NCBI GenBank assembly: GCA_951406725.2 | Contig: OX597814.1 | Span: 121,396,001-121,460,000 of the forward strand | Length of the DNA: 64,000 bases | Direction: 5' to 3' | Origin: Octopus vulgaris | Lineage: Eukaryota | Shown here: in pieces, positions 33,019 to 47,506 of the stretch | Layout of the letters: every line of letters begins with the position of its first letter | Position numbering within the stretch: the stretch's first letter is position 1 | Notes under the pieces: generated by a model | Databases searched by the model: none | The model's input: only the letters and a program-made list of their open reading frames with translations | Told to the model about the DNA's origin: nothing | Program-made: the position numbers and the translations under genes

Positions 33019-35274
33019 GTTGTAATTACAATATTCACCAACACCTCTCTCCTCCGGTTATTTGACCTGAACACCCCGCTTATAAACCTAATAATATAAT
33101 AATATAAGGAGACTCAAGTTAGTCCAGGAATACGAGTTTGCATAATTGATATTGGGAGTGAAATCGGATATTAAATCACTGCTGTATTAACGTTGTTTAA
33201 TTTCGTTGCCATTGTGCATTTAAGAAAACTAACGTTGTTTCGAGGAACATAAATATTTCGTTTATATAATGTATGCATTATAATAGTTCGAAATATAACT
33301 CACCCGCTGTATTATATATGTTTGTGCCTGTATATGAATGTATGTCTGTATGTATGTTTGTCTGCGTTTTTAATATTAGAGATAGACAAAATTTTTTGAG
33401 ATCCATAACCTATATTGTTTGATGTGTCACGATAAAGACACTGATGTCTAATAATTTATATTTGCACAGCTACGTAGTGTGTTTATGTTTCACTGGTGTA
33501 AACCTTACAAGTGTTTCATTGTCATGTGTCACTAAGTTCAAAGCTAACTGAAATATTTGTGACCCATCTTCACACATCAATAAGAACTAGAGTTAAACGT
33601 CGGTCATATGGTTCACAGAGAACCATGAAATAAAGCATAGGATATCTACCACTCTCTCACTTTCTCTGTTTCTCTTTCACACTCCCCCCTCTCTCTTTCT
33701 CTATCTATATTTCTTTATCTATGTATCTATCTGTTTTGCCTTCGCAGTGTATTTGCTGCATTTCCTGTGCAAACATTGTGTGTGTTTGCAACGGGCCGCT
33801 TCCTATTTGATAATTGATATCACAAAGACTACATAAATGAATTATGAAATGATTTATTGATATTGTGTATTGAGACTAATGTTTATAACGTTGGAGCTAC
33901 TGACCTATAACTAGAAATATAACGTCTACAAAGCGATTATTGTTATTGATGACAAGTTAAATACAGTGGAGCGACAAAAGAGGAACTATCTCAAAAGTAG
34001 GAGTCTCAAGTTGTTATGACGTTTTTTCATTAAAAGCAAATGAACCTAAATTTCACCATTGTTGAGGTGAAAGGCTGATACAAAATGGTGGAAGAAAGGA
34101 ATGAATAAATGCAAATGTAGGACCACAGAAATATTTTCAGAATACATAGAATTATTGGATGCTTTTCTGCGGGCAAAAATTTAGTACAATTTGCATACAC
34201 CTTAATAATTAGTATTATTCTTGTATTGTCAAACACTTCCGTCAAAATTTTATAAAAATTTCGACTATTCTACTATCTCCTTATTTTACCTGTGTAAGAA
34301 TTCGATCTACTGTTATTGTCACAACAGAAATTAACAGAAATAAGAATTGTTCTTGAATTGAAAATACCATTCATTTTCATCTCTCTACGAACTGGAAATG
34401 CGAGCATGAAATCTGTCACGATGAGACATTCGTTGCGTGTACAAGAGTTTTGTTATTTGTGTGTAACACTGAGGAATGAATAATGGTGAAATCAAATTTT
34501 GATTTCATTCAAGAAGTAATAAAAATATCTAATTAAAATGACTGGTGTTAAAAGATTGGAGAATAACTGCAACTTCATAGTATACACAGAATATGGGATG
34601 CTTCACTTTCTGAATAGACGACCAGTCTATCCCAAGAACCGTCCTCAATTGACCTCCTGCCGGTTTTCAATTGTCGTATCAACTAAAGTCATGTAAAATA
34701 ATGTGTGATTCACAGAAACAAAATAGAAACGTTTATGTTGCAAAATATTGTTATTGTTTAACTCCATGTCAACCCCGATTAAGAAGATTTATTATCAGAG
34801 GCATGTCGGCCATGAGCAACCCATGTCTGTACATCAAGAATGACATTTTCTAATGAGTACTTTTTAAAGATGACACGCATGAGGATTTATAGATGATTTG
34901 ACTGGTAGTTTTAGTCGGTCAAAAACTTGATAGTGGCTGTATTGTGGGATCGTATATTGCAGATGTTTTGATGTCGATGTTTTCATTTATATTACCCGCT
35001 CTAAGTTTTGTGCTTTATAAGTTTACGAGAAAAGACGGGAGAATTCCCATCAATTTTGTACGTCTGTAGCCTGTACGGATGTCATTGTTGTTGTATGCGT
35101 CGAATGTCTTCAGAAATAAAGTGGACGCGATGATTTCGAATCCAAAGGCGTTGTAAACTAGCGATAGAGGATGAAATTATTGTTTAATGTATTATAACTG
35201 ATCCGGCTTAAAAAATTACGAGGAAATTACATGACGGTGAAGACAAGGTATAAGGTATCCTTAGATATCTACGG

Positions 35275-35539
35275 CGGTGGATGATGATGTTGATGAGAAT
35301 GGTGATGATGACGACGACGACGACGACGACGACAACGACGATGGTCGTGGTGGTGGTGGTGGTAGTGGATGCGGCGGCGGTGGTAACTGTGGTTGTGGTG
35401 ATGATAATGATGATGATAACGACGACCACGACCGCTACCACAACGACCATGACGATGGCGACCACGATGATGATGATGATGACGTTGATGACAATGGTGA
35501 CGATGACGATGACAACGCTGATGAATGTGATAATGAATG

Positions 35540-35598
<59 letters not shown>

Positions 35599-35637
35599 CT
35601 GATGATGATGATGATGATGATGATGACGACGATGATG
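35275..35637. repeat. Compound (GAT)/(GAC)/(GGT) microsatellite
   Basis: Directly visible; it runs into a SINE tail at 35636-35730. Confidence 0.9.
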
Positions 35638-36029
35638 GTTTCAAAATTGAGCACAAAGCGTACAATTTTAAGGCTGGGATTGAGTCGATTACATCGACAC
35701 CAGGGAAGGTTAAAATGCAGAGTTAACTTTGGTTTGACAACAACAACAGCAACAGCAACAATAACAACAACGACACCAGCACCAATAATAATAATAATAA
35801 TAATAATAATAATTATAATAATAATGTATTAGCCTAATGAAAGCTACAAAAGCATTGGCGCAAAAGAGAAAAAAAGCAATGAGGAAAAAAGGATTGAGGA
35901 AAGAAGAAAATTTTAATGGAAAAGAAAGACTTCCAAGCTGCTTGTAGAATCTTCACACAGGCATGGTCGCCATGACCACTAGGGCAGCTGCTTTCTTCCT
36001 ATCCCCTTGTCTCTATTTAGAGGTGCATA

Positions 36030-38110
36030 GTTATTCAGAGTAGGTCCGTCCATGCCTCTCTCACCTTCGTTTCACAAATTCGATGAAGGGCGGCTCTTAC
36101 TTCTCCGTATTTACTTTCTTTTTCAAGTAAATATGGAAATTGAAGTGCGCTTCGCCAAAGAAAGTCTGTCCTCAGACCTTTTAGTTTGGTTCAGAACACA
36201 ACCTCTCTCGTTAATGCCACCAGATTGGTAAATACTACCTGTCCTACCCGGCTAAAGAAGGTGGCGAGATCTACACAATGGACTCAACAGAAAGCCTGAT
36301 CCATCCTACACGCGACAGCAAATGTTCGACATAACTCCAAAAGTCCAGTGCTACAGACTTACCTTCTGGTCCAGAGAAGGTCTACATTCCCAAGACCCAG
36401 CACTTTTCGAAACAACTTAGTCTATCCGTCACCCATTATCGGCAGACTTGGAGATGCGTACACCTCGAAGCCCCAGAGATGGGTATGAACAGTTGCTCCT
36501 TGAAAATTCTGGCCTCACTGAGTAGGTGGCCAATTTCCAAGGCGATCGCAGGATACGTGCATTCACACTGCCTATTGTGAGCAGTCGTTCGACAAGAGTG
36601 AGGGAAGTGAGAAAGAAACACTTACCTTATTGCTGTGGAAGGACAGGTTTTCCATCCTTCCAGCTACTTGTGTATGTTTCCACAAGCTTCTCTTTACAGA
36701 ATCTTACATTTCTAGTTCCTCGGAAATCTCCCATTCCCTCGAGATATTTTGTCGTCTGTATGTTGTACGTTTCTTGATTTGTTTTAAAATTTGAATACCA
36801 GCAAAAATGTTATGCAGTGGTGTCATAATGATGTTGGGCATAATATTTTAATGGTAATGAATCTATTCTATTAATTCTTTATTGTATGTGTTTACGGCTC
36901 TGTAGATGATAATAACTTCCATTTGTTCGGTTTTTTTATGCAGATTTGTCTGTTGGTGTAATTTGTGTATGTTGTGGTATTTGTACTGAAGTTGGTGTTT
37001 CTATTGATGGTAGCGGCATTTGTAATACAGAGTTGGAATTGATGTAGGACTTGTTACATTTAGTTCTCTCCTGGCAGCATTTTGTATTGATTAGTTTATT
37101 TCTTATATTATTTCCCTTTCTCTTCTTACGGGAACGGCTTTCTCTTCTTCCTTCTGGTCACTTTCACCTCAAGACATATTTGTGAAATCCAAAAAGGGGA
37201 GAGCAATGTGTGATATGATATTACTATTGGGGTTGTTCTTATATTGATATTGATCTCCATCTTTGAGTTGGAGTTTTTGTAGGTTTTGTGTTCTAGTGCC
37301 ACTGAAGGTCTCGTCACTGATGTTGCATCTATTGTTGCATTTGTGTTAGGAACCTCTGCTGCTGTTATTGTTTCAGTCTCAAGGGATGTTAGTGAGTTTG
37401 TACGCTGTTGGGGCTGAATTTGTGGGTACTGAACTTCTGGCGTTGATAAAATAGGTCTTATTTCTTCCGCGTCTCGATGTTGTAAGACCTCATTGAACTG
37501 GGTTACAATTCTACAGATACAATATCTTGACTTTCTCCCCTCCGCTATCATTCAAATGTGGGTGCCATCCAGGTGGTCGATAATGTTATGTTCGTCTTCG
37601 ATTTCTTGTTTTGTTTGTGTTGTTATTCCCATTCCTATCACTAATGGGTATTTTCTTCATCTCTAGAATCAACCTTTTTATAAACCAGATGGTTATTTCT
37701 GTTGGCACGGTTATGTTTGTGGATTGGATGCTTCCATCTGCTGTTGTCTCTGATCTCACTTCGACTATGCAGCAGTTTTCCTTCGACTGACATGGGTCTT
37801 GTGTTCCCATACACGACCAAAGCTATTTTCTACTCGACGCGATTTTGCTCCGATGCACTAGTATACAACTGTGTATCTTTCTGTAGTTTCTGTAACGTAG
37901 GGGTGGTGGATTTAGGGTTACCCGTAGTCCTTTGTTTTACACTCTGTCTGATCAGTTGTAAATCTTCATGTTTTAGATGGTATTTTTGAGATTTCTTACA
38001 GCACTTTCAAAGGAAATTCCTTTTGTAGCTATTTGGCTGTATTCCTTAATGCTAGCGCCCTTACTTCTCATGGGACTGTTTGTCTTTGTTTTTCGCTTGG
38101 TAACGTAGCC
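36030..38110 (-). mobile_element. Decayed Tx1/L1-like LINE remnants (ORF1-like part and ORF2 C-terminus)
   Basis: GC-richer, coding-like minus strand: FWSYVEHLLSRVGWIRLSVESIV*ISPP and YLKKKVNTEK near 36100-36350, and LDGTHI*MIAEGRKSRYCIC near 37520-37570, resembling a decayed ORF1 knuckle. The clade assignment is tentative. Confidence 0.45.
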
Positions 38111-38635
38111 ATAACGCTAATCATGTATTATAAGAAAGAGAAGAGGCGTTAGATATGCATACCTGTATCTATTACCTGTTATTGATTGAATTCATGTCAA
38201 TGAGACAAGTGACCTTCCATCTGATGCTTTCTAATATGTTTGTCGCCCCATGACATGCAAGAATTGTACTGTATTCAATATGCATTTCCCGTAAGTTTTG
38301 ACATTTGAGCTACTTAAAATATCTACATGTCTCAAAGAGTTTAAAACCATGTGTTATTTCTTACTAAAAAAATATTAAATACAGCATTTAATGCATATCA
38401 GCAAGAATATCTAAGGCAAAAGTGAATGTTGGTGGTACAATATAGAAGGTTAGTCGCAGTGACGCTCATTGGCATATGGTGTGTGATGCGTTAGGAATCT
38501 TTCAATGAAAATGCTGAGAAACAGAAACTCATTAGCTGGTAGCTCAGCTATAACATTGACTCGGAAAAAACTGCTTCGTTGCAGTATATAGTAATATCTT
38601 TTATTCAACCTGGTAGAATAGAACAAATGTATGTA

Positions 38636-38677
<42 letters not shown>

Positions 38678-38797
38678 GTGTGTGTGTGTATATATATATA
38701 TATATTACATATATTTATATAATTATATATATATATATATGTGTGTGTGTATATATATATTACAACGTGCCGTGTTATGCATTGTACATCCGTATAA

Positions 38798-38851
<54 letters not shown>

Positions 38852-39689
38852 CATACAGAGGCATACGCGTATTAAATTATTATTCCATGTATAGTAATTT
38901 AAGTGTTCGCTTATTTGAAGAAATAAGCTTTGGATTCCAATAAGTTTACTTGCAACGGTCCAGTGCACATAACATCATGTTCATTACAATTGTGTGTGTT
39001 CCATAACACTTTCCGCTCTATCAAATCAAATATCTGCTTATTATATATATATATTGAATCAAAGCTTATTCTAGTATTGTTACTGTACATATTTGCATGT
39101 CAATAAAATACATATGAAATATATCTAAATAGTTTCAGTTTAACTATAAATGTGCTTGCCAAAAGGGCTACTTTAACATACACAATTTCCTATATATTAA
39201 ACTCCTAATACCTTTTCATACTACTCATGTACCTTCCACAATTGAAACAAGACCAGGCTGGTGTTAATATCATATACGATACAACCATGATATCAGTATT
39301 TCGTTAAGTGTTTGCATTTGCGCCTATTTCTTCTCATTAATGTTCTGTATAGCTATTGATCATGACTTTCGGCGTTTACACTGCAAACAACAGTGACAAC
39401 AACAACGTGCCGTGTTATGCATTGTACATCCGTAAGCTAGCTGTATGAATAATTAACTACTTCCTCATTGAGATTTATTCACTGATTTAATGAGACAACA
39501 ATTCAAGTGCTCTAAGGAGAATGATTTTTTTTTTCGGAAAGCTATTTAATTAACTTTTTCTACTCTTTTCTTAAGTAATTATTTTACGCTCTAGAATCAA
39601 TTGGACGCTTAACCATCATCACAGCCATCACCGGCGCCATCACCCACATCATCGTCGTGCTTCTTCTTTCATTCTCGTAATATTCATCA

Positions 39690-39842
39690 GCACCCATCAC
39701 CACCACCACAAACATCCCCCCCCACCAAAACCACCACAAACACCATCACCACCACAACCGCCGCCACTACCAATGCCATCATCATCATCATCATCAACAT
39801 TATCATCATCATCAACCTCCTCTTCATCACCTTCTTCTTCTT

Positions 39843-39873
<31 letters not shown>

Positions 39874-39882
39874 TTCTTCTTC

Positions 39883-39924
<42 letters not shown>

Positions 39925-39925
39925 T
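39690..39925. repeat. Compound (CAC)/(CAT)/(TCT)/(TAT) microsatellite
   Basis: Directly visible. Confidence 0.9.
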
Positions 39926-41042
39926 TTCAGCTCCTCCTTCGCCGTCTTTTTCGTTAACCTCGTCGTCGTCATTGTCATCGGCTCGACTCCTTCAACACCG
40001 TGGCTATCATCTTCACTGCCTCCTTGTCTATCGCCGTAATTTTACCACCCATCTCTTCCTTTACAATATATCATCGTCATCATCATCATCATCATCAGCA
40101 CCAGCAGCAGGAGCAGTAGGAACAGGAACAACATCAGCAGCTGTTCCAATAAAACACCATTATTGCTGCCACAGCTCTATAATACTTGTGTATTATTATC
40201 ATTTTCAATTAAACACTCTTCCCGGATCTGTTTGTTTCAAATAAATATTTTTATTTATATCTTGTTTCCTGTTTCATTGTAAATGTGTTTGAATGTCTGA
40301 ATGTTAGTTTGTTTTTCTGTTTCAAACCTTCGGGTCACTTTAAGCACGGCTTGTAAACATTGGTTTAGATGAAGCCACATGTCACTATCAATTACAAATA
40401 ATCAAGAAGCATTGACAATTAGTTCAGCATTTTACGGCAATATAGCAACTTAATAGACATTGATCTAAACATTATCCAAATATAAGAACATTATATAAGG
40501 AAAATAATCTGCATTCCACTTAAATTTCTTATATTTCTTTCCGAGTATGTCGTTACCAATAATAATTTCTTGAGTTAAGGAACACAAGTTTTATAGTTGA
40601 ATTATTAACCAATGTGATGTGGTGAAGTTTAATATTTCCAAAATGGACATATTGGTGTCTGTGAATTGAAATGTTTTAATGCGCAATTAAAACAGAATCA
40701 TTGATTGAGGTTAAACTCTTGGCAGCTTTTCTGTTAATTCAGATTATAAATCTTTGGAGAAAACTGCAACTGGTAATAATAGTCAACGATTGTCACTAAG
40801 TAAAAATCCTGCTTTTAATTACAATGGATTGTATTTATTATTATTTTTTGTTAGTATTTAAAATATATACGTTTTGCTTGTTTGACTCAGTCTTCTTATA
40901 AAAAAAACATTGTTTCAAATTGTTTCATAACTCGAAATCAAAAACAACGATAAAAAGTAATCGTTCTATTTAGAATACATAACATATAATAACGATTATT
41001 AAGATTTTGGCAAAACTTATTTTATTTTATACACATATACAT

Positions 41043-41125
<83 letters not shown>

Positions 41126-41161
41126 CATAGACATATATATATGTATATATATAAATATATA

Positions 41162-41214
<53 letters not shown>

Positions 41215-41215
41215 G

Positions 41216-41267
<52 letters not shown>

Positions 41268-42043
41268 TACTCTCCGTACGGAAAATGCATTTTAAAGTGT
41301 TTACTGTGCTCAGTGTTTGACAAATAAAACTGTTTAATGTAGGAGTGTTCAATTAAATATATATGTTTTGAAGAGAAATGAGTGCATGGTCCCATGTCCA
41401 AGCCAGACAAAGCCGATTAACCAAGGATCACTTCTACTTAAATACTTTTTATATACTTTACAACGTTTACAGAAAAGCGAACAGTGAAATCTCTTTCTTA
41501 CAATAAGTCCATTTGTCGGTCATGCGCTGTGGATCAAAACAAGGAATTTACATAAAAAGAAAAAACATTGTTAATGCTTATTTGGAGAATACTTATAAAA
41601 TATATAATTGTAATCCAATTGCAGTATACCAGTATTTACAGATATTCTTGTAAGAAAATCAATTTTTGCCTATTATTTGATTATTTGACATATGAATTTG
41701 TGCAGGGGACCTAGACTCTTTGGCTTCATTTCAGGAAAAAAGTTTCTTTATGTCTGAAAAATACACAGACATTAAGCTGTACGTGTAACTATTTTCTTCA
41801 TGTCGTAAAACATTGAATTCTCTGGAGCAATAATGTAAATTTCAAAAATATTATTAGATTTTTCTTAGTTAGGAATTTTGTTTTATGTTCTTCATTTTTA
41901 TATAGTTTCAAAAAAATTAGTAAAGTTTACAGTCAGTAAATTCGGTTTACATAAATACGATTATATATTTATGGGTGCTCTGTTATGTAAATGCCATCAC
42001 AGACACAAACGCAAACAAACTCTCACGCTACTATATATATATA

Positions 42044-42086
<43 letters not shown>

Positions 42087-42222
42087 AAGTTATTAAGGTA
42101 GCTATTCGCAATTTACAACCAAAAGACACATGTATAGTCGTCGACACCCTTAGTCACCTTATTGAAACACACACACTTTCTCTCTCACACTCTTTCTCTC
42201 TCTCTCTCTTTCTCTCTCTCTC

Positions 42223-42254
<32 letters not shown>

Positions 42255-42405
42255 AATTATAATTTGGGGTTCCGATGAGGTACCATCATGCCTAGAAATA
42301 GTAGTTAAAATTGACTCTAAAACCACATCATAATATGGTTTTAGAGTCAATTTTGACTGCTATTTCTGACAATGCGGTGCCTCTTTGGTACCCTCAGTTA
42401 TAATT
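42255..42405. repeat. ~150-bp imperfect inverted repeat
   Basis: agaaatagtagttaaaattgactctaaaacca / tggttttagagtcaattttgactgctatttct, extending outward to aattataa / ttataatt. Confidence 0.9.
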
Positions 42406-42499
42406 CTTCTTATATCATTATATATCAATAAGAATTATTCCCTATAAGATTTTTCCATGCTCGCCACTTGATATGGCCGTCAAGTTAAATAATGGTCTT

Positions 42500-42551
<52 letters not shown>

Positions 42552-43644
42552 TACACACACACACACACATATACAGATATATATTCATAATAGTCAAGAT
42601 GTTAAAATACATGACTACCTTCGAGTAGTGAAATCTGTTTCAGAATTATTGTGTTGCCATCCTTCACTGTATCATTTTCTTATTCTTCTTCAACCGCCAG
42701 AAAGTATTCGCAAAAATGCGCGTGATAATTTTAAAAAGACCTTAATACATCAACATTATTTGAACGTCTTTAATCATATCTGCTCCACCAGAGCTGATAC
42801 GAAGATAAATAGCACTAGCAAGTACAGCAACATCTCCAGACATCAGTGAAATATCAACAACGATCTCCCTTGTTACACATTCTGGACAATCATTAACTGA
42901 GCAACAGACCGAATCGATGATTTGGCTATCTTTCTGATTATTTTTCTTTTATTATTACAACACTATACTTGCAATGTTTTCGTCTCAATCTCTCATTAGG
43001 TGGTATGCAAATATGTATGCGTGTATGTACTACAGAAAAGATGGCTAAAACATTAATGAGATCAGCACTGCTGCAGATGATTCTCCTGTGTTGGCAGCGA
43101 GATTGATCACTGTTGATTCGGTATTCAAGGGTTAAGACGTTGCCTTGTTGTTGCTGTTAATTCTCATCTAAGTTGCGATGAATCAAATATTTAAAGATAT
43201 TCAAACCAAAACCATCACAAAGCGTAAGCCTATATTGTCAAGTGGGGCTCATTAATTTTTCTAAGACAAAAGATTGTGATGTGAGTACGATTTCGCTGCT
43301 ACATCTGGGATGCCGATTAAATCCTCAGAGGCCCCGTCATTGGCTATATTCTTATGTCTATATTCCTGTAATCAAGTATAGGCTTTATTGATTCACTACG
43401 CTTATTTATTTGTTTTATCTGCGTAGACTTCCCAATGAATTGGTTTTCTATAATGCAAAATGTATGATTTGAATCTTTCAGCCTTACGTGACATTTTCTA
43501 ATAAAATATTCTGGGGTTTATTCTTTTAAATTTCATTAGAACATAATATTAGTGACTAGGGTATAATAATTTTATTGATCATATCCATTTTCTTAGTCCT
43601 TTTACAGGTGCATGAAATGATGTGTGTGTGGTGCATATATCTAA

Positions 43645-43782
<138 letters not shown>

Positions 43783-44047
43783 TTATATGTATATATATAT
43801 GTATATATATATATATATGTACATATATGTATATATATGTTTATATATATGTAGATTAGATAAATAAATAGATAGATAGATTACATACATACATAAAAGC
43901 ATACATAAAAATTAGAAGGTCATACGTCCTGACGTGTAATCCAACCGGGACTACCAGAGGAGTTTACAGAATTCTATGAATTCATATATTATTCTACCAG
44001 TTTACATGCACACACACACACACACACACATACACAGTGACACACAT

Positions 44048-44083
<36 letters not shown>

Positions 44084-44427
44084 CTTAGAAATATGTTACA
44101 AAAAGAAAATAGAAACTACACGTGGTAATATAAGGGGAAAGAAAAATAAATCAACGAAAATGCAAATTGTAAATCAAAATAATTAAAGGCTTTTTATGAA
44201 AAGTAGCGAAATATATATACAATTAGATGAACTGAGGTAGGAATAAAAGTAATAAAAGTCATTATTGTGAATTGTTAAAGAGTGTGTGTATATATATATA
44301 TATATATATACTTGTATACACGCATGTATACGTATATATATATATACTTGTATACACGCATTTATACGTATATATATATAATCGTGTGTGGATGTATATA
44401 TGAATATATCTATATATATACATGTAT

Positions 44428-44625
44428 ACAGCAATCCTTCGCCATATCTCGGTTCACCTGTCTTGGTTCACCTATCGTGGTTATTTAAGCTTACGTCGAT
44501 TCCTCTGTGATGCTGTTTTGCAATCATAATAAAATAAATATATACAACTTATGAAAATTATATATAATAAAAGTATACAATACAGTAGTGTTTCTAATTC
44601 GCGAATTTTCACCTGGTTTTTAGGC
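44428..44625. mobile_element. Possible pogo/Tigger-like MITE remnant
   Basis: TA|CAGCAATCCTTCGCCATATCTCGGTTCACC resembles a CAGTAATCCCTCG-type TIR with internal ttcacct repeats. The second TIR was not found. Confidence 0.3.
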
Positions 44626-44688
44626 AATTAACACTCACAATAGTTGAGTGTTACAGTATATACATAATACACACATATACATACCTTC

Positions 44689-44719
<31 letters not shown>

Positions 44720-45274
44720 CATACATACATACATACATACATACATACATACATACATACATACATACATACATACATACATACATACATACATACATAC
44801 ATACATACATACATACATACATACATACATTCATACATACATACTTATATATATGCATAATATAAATATATCCATACAAAAGTTAAGGAATGGAGGTTCT
44901 GCTCGCTATGAAACATATGTACTCTGTTCGTTAGCTCTTGTATTCCTCTTCGCATACCCGCATACCCGGCAACCATGGTTGCCTACCGTGAAATATAAAG
45001 AACAGTTTTCAGTTTATTGTACATCGATGAGAAAAATAATCCACAAACTCCCGTCTCAATAAACCACAATTGTCCCTGAATTTTTTTTATATATATACTA
45101 CGGGTTGCTTGAAGCAAACCTTCTTCCCACACCTTGATCCTTGGAACTTATTTATTGATATAAATATATATTTATTTATTTCCATGAAACGAAAGGACAG
45201 GATATGAAACCAGGTATCTAAATACTGTAAAGACAAACCATAACGGTTGTTATAGGTTTGGAAATGATTCTCTT

Positions 45275-45970
45275 TCAGTACCGCTCTTCCATTGTGATTA
45301 GTGGTGCCTCGTCTCAGGGTCGTACTTGTAGACACAACTCTAGTCGGTGATGATCTTAACATGAAGGATGGAGACCATGACATACTTCGACGTGATGTTT
45401 TTTCTTATCCCTGGTCAGCAGGATGGCGACAAATTTGACAGATATGCCATATGATTTTAGGATTTCCTGCATTGACCCATATGCCAAAACAGCAACATCT
45501 GCAGTGTCGTTGATAGTCCTACGACGTTCCACATGCACAATCTGATGTATTCTCTTCACATTTCCGGGGCTGACGCTGGTGGTCGGTCTTCCAGATCACT
45601 CACCGTCTTCCAGTGAGGTTCTTTCGCTTTTAAACACCCGTGCTACTAGAAACATTGCGTTCGCCCCACTGCCTCGTCCTCGTAAGCTTTTCGAAGTATG
45701 CTCAATATTTCTATGGCAGACTTCCCATGGTTAACGCAAAATTTCCCGTTGGCTCTTCGTTCCAACTTCATTTCAACACAAAATCACAGACTACAGCATA
45801 AGCGTGATCAAAGAAACATAAATTTCATAACTTCCGAAGTAAACGCAGCGATGTCACACGGCACATTGCCTCATGAAAGTCATTGCTAGCCCTCACTGCA
45901 CAAGCAATTGTGTGCCGCTATCTGTTAGCAGGCTACATAACTAGTCCGGGAAATTTTTGACACCACCTCA
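45275..45970 (-). mobile_element. Mariner transposon 5' half, transposase pseudogene
   Basis: TA|TGAGGTGGTGTCAAAAATTTCCCGGACTAG TIR. From the ATG at 45771: MKLERRANGKFCVNHGKSAIEILSILRKAY...SLEDGE*SGRPTTS...RRRTI...ITD*SCVYKYDPET, with stops and frameshifts. No 3' half. Confidence 0.88.
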
Positions 45971-47182
45971 TATTTCATGATTTTGAAAAGGACTTTCATA
46001 AGGTTGATCATGCGATGATATGCCACAAGCTACTAAGACTCGGAATTGTCGAGATATTAAGAATAGTTTACATGACTACTTGAAAGACAGAAGCCAGGAT
46101 GAGGCATTCAATGAGGAACTTTCCAAGGAGGCATATATTGCGAGTGGAACTTGTGGCCGCTGCTGGTTACAGTAGCTTCCACGAATATACCATCAGTTAC
46201 ACAGACAGCCACACTTACTAGCTATGACGATGACACAAAAGTAGTGCAAGCAGTCAAAGAAAAGATGTTCCTCTTTTACTGAATGGTCTATATGTCGTAT
46301 ATAATTGAACCGAAGAAAATAACAGCAATTTAATGCAAGAAAATTCAACGACCTCTGCTATCAGCTAGCTTGTGCCGCAACATAGATAATTTGGATTAAA
46401 ATGAGCGGCAATTCCATGGTCAAACACAGTGCGTGATCTGTGGATTGACATGAACAACGACGCTTTGTTTCATGCACTTATCACCAACATGGTGGCTACA
46501 TGGAGGTGAATGGCCAGAGTGATTCTGAGAACTTTCAAAATAAGGGATTAGGCAACTGTGCTTGTTTTATGAAGGATATTTGTCCTCGGTCACCTGGATT
46601 ACTGCCCTCAACAGTGGTCACCCTTCACTGTTAGCAGAACATGCCGAACTACAGTGTTGCTACACCAAGAAAACTACTTCAACGGAACAGCTGAAGTATT
46701 GAGAGAGAGACTGACAGGATTACAACTCAACTCCTTCGAAGGAAGACGAGAGATATGCTGAGATATACTTATAGAAGATCCGAGAGGGTGTTGTTATACA
46801 GAACTTTGTCATTGAGAGTTCCACCAGCCCACGAACTGGATGCACTGTTCCAAACGTTCATCTACTCCCGTATAGTGATACTGAAATAGCATGGGATTCA
46901 AACGCCTACAGATATTTGATATCTTGCCAAAATATCCGAGATATTTATTTGGCTGTGGTAAAAGTTCGTGCACCGTGTTAAAATAATGATTTTCTATATA
47001 TATTTTTGGCGTATGTGTGTTGATTCAGTTCATTATTTTGACACGATACACGAACTTTTTCCTGAACCTAGTATATGGACTAGAGAAAGATGTTTTCAAG
47101 CAACAACTTGACCTCCTGTTTGTTGACCTACCGGCGATGTCCCAGCATGGCAACCGCCTAAGGCCTGAAACGCACAAAAGAT

Positions 47183-47224
<42 letters not shown>

Positions 47225-47229
<5 letters not shown>

Positions 47230-47445
47230 ATACAATATGTTACATTACTCGGTAGTCAAGATAAACTCTGAGTTTCAGATAGTGGAAATCCACAACACCA
47301 TCTCTTCGGTTATGGATTTCCACTTCGGCATCTGAAACTCAGAGTTTTATGACTACCGAGTAATGTAACATATTGTATAGATAAATTTCCTCTATTTACA
47401 TAATATTGAGGTCTCTTTCTTTCTTTTGTTATCTTACCGTTTTAT

Positions 47446-47449
<4 letters not shown>
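47225..47449. repeat. Fold-back element in (TA)n with a near-perfect hairpin at 47225-47383
   Basis: tatctatacaatatgttacattactcggtagtca..aaactctgagtttcagat..agtggaaatcca pairs with tggatttccact..atctgaaactcagagttt..tgactaccgagtaatgtaacatattgtatagata. Confidence 0.92.

Positions 47450-47506
<57 letters not shown>

Noticed and set aside
35277-35832. Asp-rich ORF resembling acidic biomineralisation proteins, and an overlapping poly-Met ORF
   Set aside because: A GAT/GAC microsatellite open in several frames, with no signal peptide, running into a SINE tail.
45990-47180. GC-richer coding-like stretch, possibly a CR1/L2-type LINE remnant (LDALFQTFIYSRI; KDVFKQQLDLL)
   Set aside because: Too decayed to assign or bound with confidence; no splice-bounded open exon.
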